From Octopus sinensis (Eukaryota): 64,000 nt of DNA. Both the position numbers and the translations under genes were made by a program. Where the stretch lies: the NCBI RefSeq assembly GCF_006345805.1, contig NC_042998.1, positions 3,844,001 through 3,908,000 on the forward strand, written 5' to 3'. Numbering within the stretch: the first letter of the stretch is position 1; each line of letters starts with the position of its first letter. Below the pieces are notes generated by a model that had not been told where the DNA came from, ran no database searches, and saw only the letters and a list, made by a program, of their open reading frames with translations. Of the stretch, positions 63,454 through 64,000 are shown in pieces.

Positions 63454-63496
63454 CTAAATCTTTGATGACAGACAATTGTGTTCGTCAAGAACAATA
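63454..63496 (+). CDS. Candidate small exon
   Basis: ttcttaattctgcag|CTAAATC...CAATA|gtatgt. Reads KSLMTDNCVRQEQ and is phase-compatible with the candidates at 57101 and 62767. Confidence 0.28.
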
Positions 63497-64000
63497 GTAT
63501 GTAAATGGATTAATTAAGATATTTTCATTATATATTTAAATAATTGATTTAATGATTGAGTTATACACTCTGAGATAAAAGTTTGTTTTCTCATTTAGAA
63601 ATATTATTGACATTGATACAATATCAAATAGACTTGAGTTTCTAAAATTTTTTTTTCAAATTGTTGTTATTTTTAACAGATTGGGAATTGATATTATCAG
63701 TATATTGTCATATAAAATAACTCATATAATTAAAAAAAAAAAGCTAAGTTATTGACACCTATAATAAATAAAGGTGATTTGAACTTGAATGTTTTAATCA
63801 ACATGATTTGCAGGCTTGATAAAAATGAGATATAAGCTTTTCAAAAATTTGATAGACAAATATCATAGAGATTTGGCATCAAGATTGTTTAACCAAAGTA
63901 AATGTATACACAAAAAGAAATAAAAAAATCTACAGTGATCAACAAATATCCCACTTGATTATCAATATGAATGATAAAATCTTTTTAGTATCTTAAACTA

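Overview
AT-rich, repeat-dense animal genomic DNA with no prokaryotic features (no operons, rRNA or CRISPR). The tRNA-headed SINE families and dense TA/CA/GAT microsatellites look like an Octopus (cephalopod) genome. That assignment is an inference from recalled repeat sequences, not a database search. Only one host exon is well supported: a + strand terminal exon at 28865-29028 encoding a PLAC domain (ADAMTS/ADAMTSL/papilin-type C-terminus). None of the ORFs in the supplied track looks like an intact host gene. They fall in microsatellites, SINEs, dead transposons or the large satellite. The rest of the window is nested mobile DNA: RTE and CR1-type LINE remnants, four tRNA-SINE families, a dead Tc1 with long TIRs, piggyBac-type and other MITEs, and a Helitron-like element. 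Two things stand out. (i) A 13.3-kb satellite (33496-46845) built from triplet words around AAGCAT, with higher-order repeats and four orientation flips at near-perfect palindromic junctions. (ii) A 390-bp, GC-rich, highly structured element that joins an RTE-type 5' leader to an RTE 3' tail (13004-13393); its leader is a candidate self-cleaving RNA. A few weak candidate small exons are reported at low confidence. Most repeat boundaries are approximate (+/-10-20 bp) unless a TSD or TIR is quoted.
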